Source: Vicugna vicugna
Lineage: Eukaryota
Assembly: GCA_013265495.1 (NCBI GenBank)
Contig: MU057999.1
Span: forward strand, 62,001-126,000
Length of the DNA: 64,000 nt
Direction of reading: 5' to 3'
Part shown: positions 1-11,346 of the stretch, piece by piece
Numbering within the stretch: the stretch's first letter is position 1
Layout: each line of letters begins with the position of its first letter
Notes under the pieces: model-generated
The model's input: the letters and a program-made list of their open reading frames with translations, nothing else
Told to the model about the DNA's origin: nothing
Database searches by the model: none
Made by a program: the position numbers and the translations under genes

Positions 1-989
1 ATGTTGATCTAGCTGTAGACATAATCAGCTGCTTTTGTAAATATTAAAACTAAGCCTTTGTGAATATTAAAACTTAAGAAGATGGCAGGTGATGTTCCTT
101 AAAACACTCAGCTGTTCAGATAGGACATAGTTCTGCCTTTCTCTCTTTAAAAATGATAGGAGCCTTGGAGGTCGGTATTGTTTTTCGGTTTCTAACTTGC
201 TGCTGGTGATGCCTATGAATCTAACATGGCTGTGTAAGCTGTGTCCTAGTTACTGAGCGGTTTATACAGTGCTGCTTTGCCAAATACACTCTAAAGGGAA
301 AATAAATGGCCATGGTGGAAGTCCAGAGTCACCCTTGGACTTTGGTGGGGTAGGTAGGTAGGTGGTGGTGGGGAGACTTCACGGTTTTTTCTGCGGTGTT
401 TGACTAAGAGTTTTCTGCCTTGCTGGGCTGCCTTGTTCCTGGTCCATTGACTACAGAGAACGAGCTATTGTTGGGGCTTTATTTTTGTCCGTGCTTCGTG
501 GTGTTTCTGAGTCACCAGCTTCTTCAGCTCCAAGTCCAGGATATATGAGATAAAAAAGAAAACCCAAGGAACTTAGCACTGTGTCATTCCTCAGATCCCA
601 AGGTCCAAAACTGGTCTACCTTCTTCCCTCCACCCTTTAGAGTTTTCTTATGCTTGTTTTGTATATAATACCTAGTTGTGCTTAGCGGGAAGAATTGGAA
701 AATATGTTTACTCCACCTTTCTGCCTACATTTTTAATGTACATTTTATTGAAATATAACATGCATGCATAAAAGTCCACAAATCACAAGTGTACAGCTTA
801 ATGAATTTTTGCTGTGTAACCACCAGTCAGATCAAGAAAAGGAATATTACCTGTACCCCCAGAAGTTTCCATCACGCCTGCTCCCAGTCAGTAATCTGCT
901 CCCGCGAAGGAAAGAACTATTCAGATATTTCAGCAAAGATTGGTTTTGCCCAATTTTTTTTAGCATTTTTGAGGGGTTTTTTTTTTCCT

Positions 990-1300
990 TTTTAAAATTG
1001 AAGTATTGTCAGTTACTATGCTGTGTCAATTTCTGGTGTACAGCATAATGTTTCAGTCATCCATATACAAACATAGATTCCTTTTCATACTCTTTTTTAT
1101 TATAGATTACTATAAGATATTGAATAGACTTCCCTGTGCTCTACAGTAAAAACTTGTTGTTTATCTATTTTATATATAGTAGTTAGTATCTGCAAATATC
1201 GAAGTCCCAATTTGTCCCTTCTCACTCTCTTTCCCCACTGGTAACCATAAGTTTGTTTTCTATGTCTGTGAGTCTGTTTCTGTTTTGTAAATAAGTTCAT
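990..1300 (-). mobile_element. Lineage-type L1 3' UTR fragment
   Basis: Poly-T start then the reverse complement of the L1 3' end; same sequence family as 42205-42528 (shared MNLFTKQKQTHRHR pseudo-ORF). Confidence 0.8.
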
Positions 1301-2599
1301 TTTTCAGCGCAGACAGAAGACAAAATCTTTAGAATGGTCAGCCGCAATTCCTAAGCTCATTCCCTGTCCTTGAAACCGTCATCTCACATCCATGAGGCTT
1401 TGGAGGACGCTGGGATGGAAGAGCAAACGCCTGGGCATCTGGGCAGCCTGCATCTGTTTTTGGATCCCAACACGGCAAGGCTCTGATATCACCTGGGCCC
1501 CCCAGAGCAGCCAAGCTGTTGCCGCCGATTCCTTTCCTCCGATGGCAGAGGCCACCCATCATCTTCCGGGAAAGAGGACAGAGAGGAATGACAAGAACGT
1601 AACATCTTTCGTCCCACCTCCGTACCTGCCACTCCCACCTCAGACTGCTACTAATTTTCACATTAGTCACCCAGCTTCAGTCTCCCAGGGGTTGGTCACA
1701 GTGCTTCTATTAGTTCCTCCATCTCAATTCTGTAATTTCTCTATCCTTGATTTTTCGGGGAGGCAACCAGAAGACCAGGCTAGTTCCCTAACTTGTATTC
1801 CTTAGCATTATTATTCATGTCTTCTTCTTCCTCCTTCTTCCGCTTTCTCTTTTTGTTTTTTCAATTTTAGGTTTGATTATAGTTTCCTTTTTTTTTTCCT
1901 TTGCAAATTATCTGCGAGAGTCTTTCACATTTATTTTTCTTTCTGTGCTCTTTCCTCTTGATTAGTCGTGACTTGTGTTTTTCTTGAATCGCCTTGATCC
2001 AATCCTTCTAGCAGTGAATCACTCATCTGAGTGAGGAACTGAGCTTCTCTCCCATCAAGTTCTCGCCACGGTCCATTGAAGTGGTGCTTCCTGGCGCTTA
2101 ACCTACAAGGTGGGTGAGGAAAGTGATTTTAAACTATGTATAAATTGGCAAGCACATTCAGTGCTGGGTGGCCAGAGAACTAAGCAGTGGGTGGATTGAT
2201 GAAAAGTTGTTCCCACAAGGAAAATATCAGGCCAGTGATGGAGGAAGTCTAAATGAGTCCAAATATGGGTAAAATTTCTGCCTCATGGTCTGTAGCTGTC
2301 CTGTTTGCTGATGACTCTTCAGTAAAAGGGATTGGTTACTGTAAGAAGATTAGAAGATTCACTTATTGGGAATATAGTTAACAGCGGGCTCCATGTTTAA
2401 TAGGATACCATAAGACCCACATTCTCTGTTGCAAGAATTTTCCTATGGCTGTGAGACAGTTAGGATGCGGCTCACAGACCTCCTTGCTGTGTCCGTGGAA
2501 TGCTGCGATCTTCTCTTGACAGATGGGAAATGAAATGAGACTAGAAGAGCATCTTAGAAAGATATGGCTCCCTGTTCTATGGAGGGTCTGAGTTTCAGT

Positions 2600-3070
2600 G
2601 TTATTACTGGTTGGATCAGTTGAGAAACTGGTTGAATGAGTAGATGAATTAATAGGACAAAAGGATCCAAGGGACATGAGATGGACTGATTTTTGACTGG
2701 GTGGCTTTGTGGGTGAATAGATGAATCGATGAAAGTCTGGATGAGTGGATGTAGGTAGGTACATATCCATGTATGGGTGGATGGATGCTGGAGAAAACGA
2801 ATGTAGATAAATGGATGGATAGGTAATGGGAGGGGTGGCGGGTGGACTGGCAGATGGAATAGGGGAAACACCTGGACAGATAAATGGCTACGTATATACA
2901 TGTAAGTTTGCATCATGGGTGTGTGAATGGAGTGAAGAAGAAGGAGGTAGATGGATGTTTGATGGGCAGATGGTGTAACAGATGGATAGAGACAGAGCTG
3001 CATCAGTGGGATTGATTGGTAACGAACAAGTGTGTAAGTGAATGAGGGCAGTGGGTGACAGAGAGATGAC
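2600..3070. repeat. Degenerate (TGGA/GGAT)n low-complexity tract
   Basis: Repeated gatgga/gtggat/agatg units, purine-biased. Confidence 0.7.
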
Positions 3071-4726
3071 AAGAGGGTGCGCTTTGAAATTAGGCCCATA
3101 TTTGCCTCTTTGACTTTGCACCCTTGTTGTGTGACATTGGGGAGAATCTTTTTATTTCTCGAAATCTTGGGAAACCTTTAAATATTAAGAAACAATAAAT
3201 CATAGTAAGTTAGAGGAAAAAATTTAAGGGGAAATAGTGTAGCAGATAAGTACTACTATGAGTAAAAACATCCAAGAAATAAATATTATTAACAGAAAGG
3301 GGTAAGGGTCTTACTTGAAGTTAAATGTCTGTAAATCAAAGTGACGATTTCAGGAGTGGAGAAGCTGTGTTAGGAGTTGGAAACACTGAACTGTGATGTA
3401 GTAGTAATATAAAACATTTTACAAGTTATAGTTACAGACTAAAATAGAAATACTATTTATAGAAGAATATTATTATCCCAATATGTGATGACGTGGGGGG
3501 ACAGGAAAGAAAGGCTCTGGATCTGACGTCTTCATCCTTCATGTCAGCGAGTCAAGTGATAACGCCTACACTGAAGGATGAAGTGTAAAAACAATTACTC
3601 TCATCTCAGTGTGTTCCCTGCCCCCAAATCTCTTTTCATAATTATAGAAGGATCTTTAAAAAAAAAAAAACTCTCTTGAGGTGAATAAATATTTATGTGA
3701 AATTTTACAATTCTTTCATTTTCCTTTTGATTTCTCTTTCATTCAAAATGAAATGAAATGAAATAATATAACCAGTAATGTATAAAAACAGTCACATATG
3801 TATCACCATATTTCAATATATCTTTGTAGTCTTTCTGGAACACATGCATGAAATAATGTCTAGAATGATACCCTCCCAATGTAAATACGAATTATTTATG
3901 AGCAGTGACATTTGAAAATTTTTTAACCTCTATGCAGTGCTTGTTGAATAATTTATAATAAGTATGCATTCTTTTTTTCCAAAACTCGTCCTGGTTTTCC
4001 TTCATATGAGAGAAAATTTTTAAAAATTAATTCTCTGCTTATTTGAATCTTGTCATCATTACTGTAAGTAGTCTATTAGCAGGAGTGCTCTGCAAACTTC
4101 TAAGTTTAACTCTAGGTTTACTGTTACTTCTCTTTGGAACTTAACCCTTAATCTCAGGACATAGAAACATCTGCGCTTGTTTAACTTTGTATATTTGTTA
4201 CAGAAAAGTGTCATTATTAAGATGCTTGTTATAAAAAACTATGAATATTTATCTAGAGTCGCAAATCATATTTGTGGTAGGAAAATAAATTTGCTCACAA
4301 CCCCTTGACAAGTAATCCTTGACCGTGTCCCCTCCAACCTTGCTGTAATTAATCTGAGAGTATTTAAACTAAATAGAGTCTCTGGGCAATAAGAATTTTA
4401 ATGGTAAGCTTTCTTTTATAAAAATATTTATGCGAGAACTAGTAGCATATTCACTTTTCGATAAAAACATAGCACCTTTTTATGACAATTATGGGGTGTG
4501 GGGCATAGTGATGCCCAGTTCCCAGCATAGGGTATCATTTCGTGGGGGGCTGGGTACACAGCAGACCCCACCCCCAGCTCCAGGCTAAGATTGTGCTTTA
4601 CAACCACAAAGTTGTATAAAGAAAGGAAATCCTTCCTGTTTGCTGGCCAATTGGGTTGAAAACCAAAATTGTAGAAACTCTGTCAAGGGGAAGTTGTAAG
4701 AACATGGGTTTCTGGCTGAGGTGCAG

Positions 4727-5178
4727 TGTACCAGCTTCCTTCGGCGGCTGTGACAGATGACCACAGAGCTGGTGAACATTTGCTTGCACCAACAGAGAAT
4801 AACAGCAGTTTCTTCTGACAGTTCGAGACGCAGAACTAGGATCGCTGGGCGGAGATGAAGACATCAGGAGGGCGGCGCTCCATCGGGAGGCTGCAGAGGA
4901 GAATCCTTGCCTCTTCCGGCTTCTGGTGACTGTCCGTGTGTCTTGTCTCGTGGCCATTTCAGTCCAGTCTCTCTGTGGTCCACTGCCTTCTCCTCGTGTC
5001 GCATCTTCCTCTCTCTCTCTCTTAGAAGGACACTTGTGATTGTATTAGGGTCCACCCAGATAATCCCATAGAATCTCTTATGTTCAGATCCTTGATTACT
5101 GCCGCATAAAAGTAACCTTCGCAGGTTCTGGAATTAGGGAGAGGTTATATCTTTGAGGGCCATTTAGCTAATCCCAGG
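4727..5178 (-). mobile_element. MaLR solo LTR (MLT1-type)
   Basis: Typical MLT1 blocks: ggagaatccttgcctcttcc.gcttctggt, aaggacacttgtgatt..attagggtccaccca. Confidence 0.75.
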
Positions 5179-5784
5179 GCCTACACTTGGGAAAGAGCTA
5201 GCAATGTTTTTCTCTTCTCACACTGCATAAATTAAGGTTTCCATCTGAAAGCTGTGAATGTGTGAATTTACTCTGATCCGAGTTGTGAAGCCCCGGCCTG
5301 GGAGGTCTCCATCACTGCCCTAGACCAAGGCAGAGCCCGGCTCTGCCCAGCAGCGCTGTGCGGGGCCCATGGCCTCTCTTCCTGAGGCCTCTCTGCAGGG
5401 AGAAGGGAAAGCCTCAGCCAGAGAAGACGCCCACGCTGGGGGCCTGAGTCTTTGCTCTTTTGGACCCTGGGTGAGGACAGGGAGGCAGAAAGGGACGTAC
5501 TGACCCACAACTGGCCATGCTGGGCTTTCATGCTTCCAGCCCCGACTTGTTTCCGCCGGAGTCAGTTCTGACCACACGTCTCTCTCCTTTTCCTGACTGT
5601 GCCGGAGCTTGGGCGGGCAGCATCGTTCACATTGAAACAATGGGGCCCACAGTTTGTGAGCCAGAACTGAAAGGGGGCGCTTGCTGGGGCTGTGTCAGGG
5701 TGTGTAGCCCCTCTCTGGATGTGCGTCCTCTGCTACGCACCCCAGGAAATCTCCATTCTTATTTTTTTTATAGCCTTCTTTTTT

Positions 5785-6230
5785 AAATTTTGTTTTTCAT
5801 TGAAGTGTAGTTGATTCACAATGTTAGTTTCAGGTATACAGCAAAGTGAATCAGTTATAGGTATATATACATATATATTTTTTCCAATTCGTTTCCATTA
5901 TATGTTATTACAAGAAATTGAATGTAGTTCCCTATGCTATACAGTAGATCAGTTTTAGGTGTAGTTGTATTTTTTATTTCCTTGATGACTAATGATATAA
6001 AGTACATTTTAATATACTTGCTGGCCATTTGGACATCCTCTTTTGGGAGGTACGTGTTCACATTTTTTGTCCATTTCTCTAATGGGTGCATCTTTTTCTT
6101 GTTTATGTGTATAAGAGTTTAATGCACAGATTCTGGATACAATTTTTTTCCTGTTCTATAAATTGGAAATCTCTTTTTCTTCTCTGTGGCTTCCTGTTTC
6201 ACTCTTTTAATGGCATTTTTGATGAAAAGA
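5785..6230 (-). mobile_element. L1 fragments (3' end joined to older ORF2-end sequence)
   Basis: ttgaagtgtagttgattcacaatgttagtttcaggtatacagcaaagtga 3'-end signature, followed by L1 ORF2-derived antisense sequence. Confidence 0.7.
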
Positions 6231-6232
6231 AG

Positions 6233-6338
6233 TTTGTTTGTTTGTTTGTTTATTTATTTAATGCAGGTACTGGGGATCGAACCCAGGACCTCATGCATGC
6301 TAAGCATGTGCTATACCACTGAGCTCTTTCCTTCTCCC
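6233..6338 (-). mobile_element. tRNA-Ala-derived camelid SINE (vic-1 type)
   Basis: Reverse complement gives gagctcagtggtatagcacatgcttagcatgcatgaggtcctgggttcgatcccc plus an (AAAT/AAAC)n tail. Confidence 0.85.
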
Positions 6339-6449
6339 AAGGGGTATTTTTTTTAATGCAGTTCAATTTATCAGTCTTTTTTTTTATTGTTAGTGCTACT
6401 TGAACTCTACATGAGAGATCATTACCAGGGTCTTCCACTTCCACTTCCA

Positions 6450-7068
6450 CTTTGGAAACAGGCAGCTTCTTAGAAAGTTAGACACACACACATGCTATGA
6501 TCAATTTTTACTACCAGGTATTTCTCCAAGGGAAATGCATCCATGAAAAGACTTGTGCCCAAATGTTCATAGCAGTTTTACTCATAGTAGTGAAAAAAAA
6601 TGTTAACAACCAAACTACTCAGGTAATTGGGTAAGCAAATTATGGTCTATTCATCCAATGGAATACTAACCAGCAAGAAAAAGGAATAAACTGTTATGTA
6701 TCCACAATCACATGAATGAATCTCAGAAACATTATGCTAAGCAAAAAAAGCCTGGCACTTAAGAGTATGTATTGTGTGATCCCATTTACATGAAATTCTA
6801 AAACAAGTAAAGTTATCTATAGTGAAATAAAGCATATCAGTGATGGTTTACATGAGGAAGGAGGACAAGGTAAGGAGGTGATGGTAGTATTGACTGCAAA
6901 AGGGTATCAAAAAATTTCCTGGCGGTCATGGAAATGTTCTATATCTGGATTAAAATGATGGTTGCATGCTTGCAAACATTGGCCAAAACTCACTGAACAG
7001 TAAATAGGCTTAAAATTAATGTCTTTTGTTGTATGCAGATTATATGTCAATAAAGTTGATTTTTTTAA
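6450..7068 (+). mobile_element. Old L1 (L1MC/ME-class) ORF2 end and 3' UTR
   Basis: atggaatact..cagca, atgaatctcagaaacattatgctaag, gatggaaatgttctatatc, terminal aataaag. Confidence 0.75.
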
Positions 7069-8160
7069 AAGCTTATTTTTTATTGCTTCCAAGTTTTTGG
7101 TCTAATCAATAGGGGTGCCACTAAGTGAGATGGGAAAGTCGGTGAAAGGAGGTTTGGGGAGCAATATGGGAGTTCTGTTTGGACCAAACCAACCCCCTGT
7201 AGTCACTACTGTCCCTCATGGCTTCAACCAGGCAGTCATCCACCTGGCGGTTATTTCTCAAACACAGCCTTTTGCTCCTTCTCCTGGCCCCAGTTCTGGA
7301 CCAGTCCTTTCCAACAGTCACCTGGATTTCTGGTGGCTTAGCTTGACTCTTTAAGGGTGGGGACCGCAGCAACCTTCCGAATAAAGAGACCACCTGAAAG
7401 GGTGGTCTCTGCTCGGCTCCAGTCCCTCAATGTCTGGCTGGAGGGCTGGCCCAGGGTTTTTCCCAGAAAAAAAAAAAAACAAAACCCAAGATACAAAGTC
7501 TCCCAATGTTTGCAGCTAATTAAAAACATAAATGTCATGTGGGCTAATTAGAACCCATGTGTTGGGCCTAGAGACAGCCAGTTTCCAACATCTGCTTTCG
7601 AACAAGGCACATTTTGGTGCAGGGACCCCACTCCAGCTGGTCTCATGCTAACCCCCAGCACTCTGGGCAGCTCAGCCAGGCCACTGGGAGCCTGTGGGTC
7701 CTGGAAAGCTCTGGACCCACTGGACCATCTCAGCTCTGATCTCCTTTAATGCTAGTGCCCCCAGCAGCGACAATGACAAGAAGGAGGCCTCCTTCCTAAG
7801 AACCTAGCTTTGTTAGCCAGTCTCCCCTTCCCAAGTGCACATGCAGAGCCAGCAGCCTTTTAAACCCAGAAATTTGGTTGCATCTTGCCTCTTAAAAACC
7901 TGTCAGTAGCTTCCCGTTATCCACAGGCAGCACCCAGTTACTAAAAGAGGTGTACATGGTAGGCCCTCCCTCTAGAGTCTGCCTCCTGCTACACTCAGCC
8001 TCCTGCAGCTTGTAACTGTGCCACCTACCCCTGCCCTCCGGGCAAACGCACCTCAAGCTTCCTCATCTCTGAGTCTTCACTCCTGCAGTCCCCTCTGCCC
8101 AGAACACCTTTGTTCTAAGGCCCCTGCTCAACAGACTTGCTCTATCCTTCAAGATTCAGC

Positions 8161-9246
8161 CGGAGGGGAGCAGCCAAGATGGCAGAGTAGGACACTTTTA
8201 GCTCACCTTCTCCCACAAATACACCAAGAGAGACATCCACAGACCCACCCGTTCACTCAGAACACCTGCTGAACTTTGACAGCGCATTGCTTTCTTCAAA
8301 AGACAAAATTCCTCACAAACCTGGCAGGAGGAAAAAAAAAAAAGAAGAAGAAAAAGGAAATTAGTGCAGGACTCGCCCTGCAGGGAGAGAGCGGCAAAGC
8401 AGGAATAGCGCTCTTACGCTGGGATGCCCCCTTTGCAACGGGGAGTTCAGCGGGGATGGAGCGGGAAGCCGTGAGGCTTGGAGAAGTGCACGGCAGCCTC
8501 TTGGCTGACAGAACTAAGAGAAACGGGCACAAAGTTTAAAAAACTAACAACAGACTTACCATATGATCCAGCAATCCCACTCCTGGATATATATCCAAAT
8601 GGAACTCTAATTCAAAAAGATACATGCACCTCTATGTTCATAGTAGCACTATTTACAACAGCCAAAACATGGAAACAACCTAAATGTCCATCGACAGATG
8701 ACTGGATAAAGAAGACGTGGTATATGTACACAATGGAATACTACTCAGCCATAAAAAACAATGCCATTCGCAGCAACATGGATGGACCTGGAGATTGTCA
8801 TTCTAAGTGAAGTTAAGACAAAAAAAGAGAAAGAAAAATACTGTGTGATATCACTCATGCGGAATCTGAAAAAAAAAAGAAAAAAAAGTACACTATGAAC
8901 TCATCTACAAAACAGAAATAGACTTGCAGACATAGTAAACAATCTTATGGTTACCAGGGGAAAAGTGGGGGGTTGGGAAGGGATAAATTTGGGAGTTTGA
9001 GATTTGCAAATGTTAGCTACTATATATAAAAATAGATTTAAAAACAAGTGTCTTCTGTATAGCACAAGGAACTGTATTCAATATCTTGTAATAATCTTTA
9101 ATGAAAAAGAATATGAAAATGAATGTATATATGTACATGTATGACTGGGACATTGCGCTGTTCGCCAGAGACCGACACATTGTAACAGACTGTACTTCAA
9201 TAAAAAAAAAAAATAAAATAAAACCTAATTTAAAAAAGAGAGAGAG
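8161..9246 (+). mobile_element. L1 with 5' UTR fused directly to the ORF2 C-terminus/3' UTR, flanked by TSD agattcagc, inserted in an L2 relic
   Basis: Starts ggaggggagcagccaagatggc (L1 5' end with YY1-like site); DLPYDPAIPLL...WKQPKCPS from about 8535; aataaa plus A-tail; agattcagc at 8152-8160 and 9247-9255. Confidence 0.85.
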
Positions 9247-9679
9247 AGATTCAGCTAGAGCTTGCCTCCTCAGCTCCTGATCCCCAGTGCCCTTAGGGAA
9301 CTGGCCTGTATTACCTTCGTGTTACCACCGCATACCCCACCTTTGCCCTGCATTTCGATCCAGGCACCTGTCTACACTTTTCCTTCTTGGTACTGCTGCA
9401 CCTGTAATTGATTATTAGCCATTTGCAGCCACACGATTTGTGAACCTTCTTGGTTATGTCAGTCTTCCTTCCCAAAGTGTAAATTGCAAGGGAGAAGGGG
9501 TTCTGTTTGTCTTGTTCACCGCCACAAGCCTGGTGCCCAGCACTTGCCTGATGCGACAGGATGGGCGATTGGATACGCCCCAGGATGGACAGGGTTCGGG
9601 ATGTAGACTTGGGTTTCACTCTAGTGCCGGCTCCTATCTCAGGGCCAGGGCCCAGGAGGTGCTCTAGGAACGAGAGGAA

Positions 9680-10420
9680 GGAGGGACGCGAGGATACCTG
9701 AGCCCCCTGCAGTGGCGGAACTGTGCTCCCCAGGCGGCGGCGCTGTGGGGAGGGACCCCACAAGGCGGGCTAGGGTGACAGCCCGCCCTGCCCACGACAA
9801 GGCGGACGGCATGGAGGAAGCCGCGTGTGTGCCCGCGGGCCCTTTCGCTGCTTCCTGGCATCCTTTTCTCTACTTTTCTCATCCTGTAATGTGTTTATCA
9901 CACTTTTGTACCGAAAATACAGATAAACAGACTAAATGGTGCTTTATCGCGGGACAGGAGAGGGAAATCTCAAGGCCACGTCCGGTGGGCAGGCGCAGGC
10001 GGGCTCAGACCCGGGCTGCTCGGGGAGGTCAGGATGGAAGGATGCATGCGGGCGTGGGATGGGCGAGAGGAGCCCGGTAGGCCCGAGGACGCCAGGGCGA
10101 GGGCGCTGGTTTGAGAGAGGAGCGTGGGGCCGGGTGGCGGGGAGCCCACGGCAAGGTGCGCGGTCGGGACGCAGAGCGGGGCTCCCCTGCGTCCGTCCGG
10201 CCGGCGGGGCGTGGTGCGCCCGCGTGTCGCTGCAGGGCCCCGGCGCGGCGGGCGGCGCCCCCTGGTGGCCACCTGTCGCTTGGCCTGGCTCCCGCGGCTC
10301 GGGTCTGGGCTCTGCAGACCCCAGCCGCCTGCCCCGCGCCGCCTGTCTGCGGTGGAAAGGAGAGAAAAGGAACCTGGACTATAGCCCGCTGTGCCTCAGG
10401 TTCCTCACGGCAAACGGCCT
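9680..10420. promoter_or_regulatory. CpG island with no recognisable gene start attached
   Basis: Sharp rise in GC and CpG density (e.g. cggcgcggcgggcggcgccc) with several GC boxes. Confidence 0.8.
10255..10271 (-). promoter_or_regulatory. CTCF binding motif
   Basis: Minus strand reads TGGCCACCAGGGGGCGC, matching the CTCF core consensus. Confidence 0.8.
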
Positions 10421-10826
10421 GATAACTGCATCTCATTGGACTGTGGTGACGATTAAAGGTGCAAACGTATGGGAAGCTCTTAGAACCATGTCTGAGCGCT
10501 CAACACACCTGAGCTATTGAAAGGCTGGGCTGCAGGAGCCCTTCTGGAACCTCGGCGTGTCTGGAGAGGCAACCGGGGCGAAGGAGCTGGACCGGAACAC
10601 TGAAACCTGCCTGGGTCTGCCAGTGGGGACCCAAGGGAAAGCTTCTGCCTCATAATGAAGACTGAAGTTTAAGCAAATTTTGGCCCCTATCTGGGACCTC
10701 TGAGGTCACGTTTATGGATTTGGTGTCTGTAGAAGGGGACACCCGACGTATCGCACATTTATGGACCACAAAGCAAAGTGAAAGGGGTTGATGATAGACA
10801 CACCGGGGGTCTGAATGGACACTCCT

Positions 10827-11346
10827 TTGAATTAGCTGCCCCAGTCTGCCCTGAGACTCAGTCTTTCCGACTCCCAGCTCCAAGCCTGGGCTTTCAGCAC
10901 CCGGAAAGGGAGAGATAGGAGGTGGAGGGGGAAGGGAGGGGATAGAGCAGCTTCCATCCCACCCCACCCCGACCCTGCCAGTCCCTCCCCGGGGCTGGGG
11001 CAGCCCTGGAACTCCAGCCAAGAAGGAGGCTGCAAAGGAGTGGTTCCTCCCAACACCAGAAGCGGGGACTCCCTGGGAGTGTGCTGGGTGGGCTGGTGTG
11101 TGCTGGGGGTACTGGGGGCCCCTCCCTGAAGGATGACATGGCCCATGCAGTAGCCCCTTCCCAGGGTAGCCAGAGTCCAGGAGGGGACCCAAGCTGGAAG
11201 CACCTCCCTGGGATCGGTTGGCTGGGGCTCCTAGGCCCTCCTCTCAGGCCCTGAATGGGAAGAGGTGGGCTTGGGCCCTGAGCCAGGAGACAGGACCAGA
11301 CTGGCCCCACCACTCATGGTGCAAGGCAGCCCTCAAGACCCTCCAG
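10827..11346 (-). pseudogene. Disabled segment resembling human C3orf36 (split over three frames, in-frame TAG)
   Basis: Peptide pieces LEGLE / LPCTMSGGASLVLSPG / SGPERRA*EPQP / QHTP / CSIPSL / ESQGRLGQLI are collinear with the human C3orf36 protein as I recall it. Position just 3' of SLCO2A1 on the same strand is syntenic. Not verified by search. Confidence 0.6.

Noticed and set aside
9211..9232. aaacctaatt in the L1 tail matching the vic-1 SINE tail at 17069-17078
   Set aside because: Only 10 bp of AT-rich identity; too short to claim shared origin.
9712..10520. Several overlapping Arg/Gly/Ala-rich ORFs; possible first exon of a neighbouring gene such as RAB6B
   Set aside because: GC-rich CpG-island artefacts; no Rab N-terminal sequence or other recognisable protein found.
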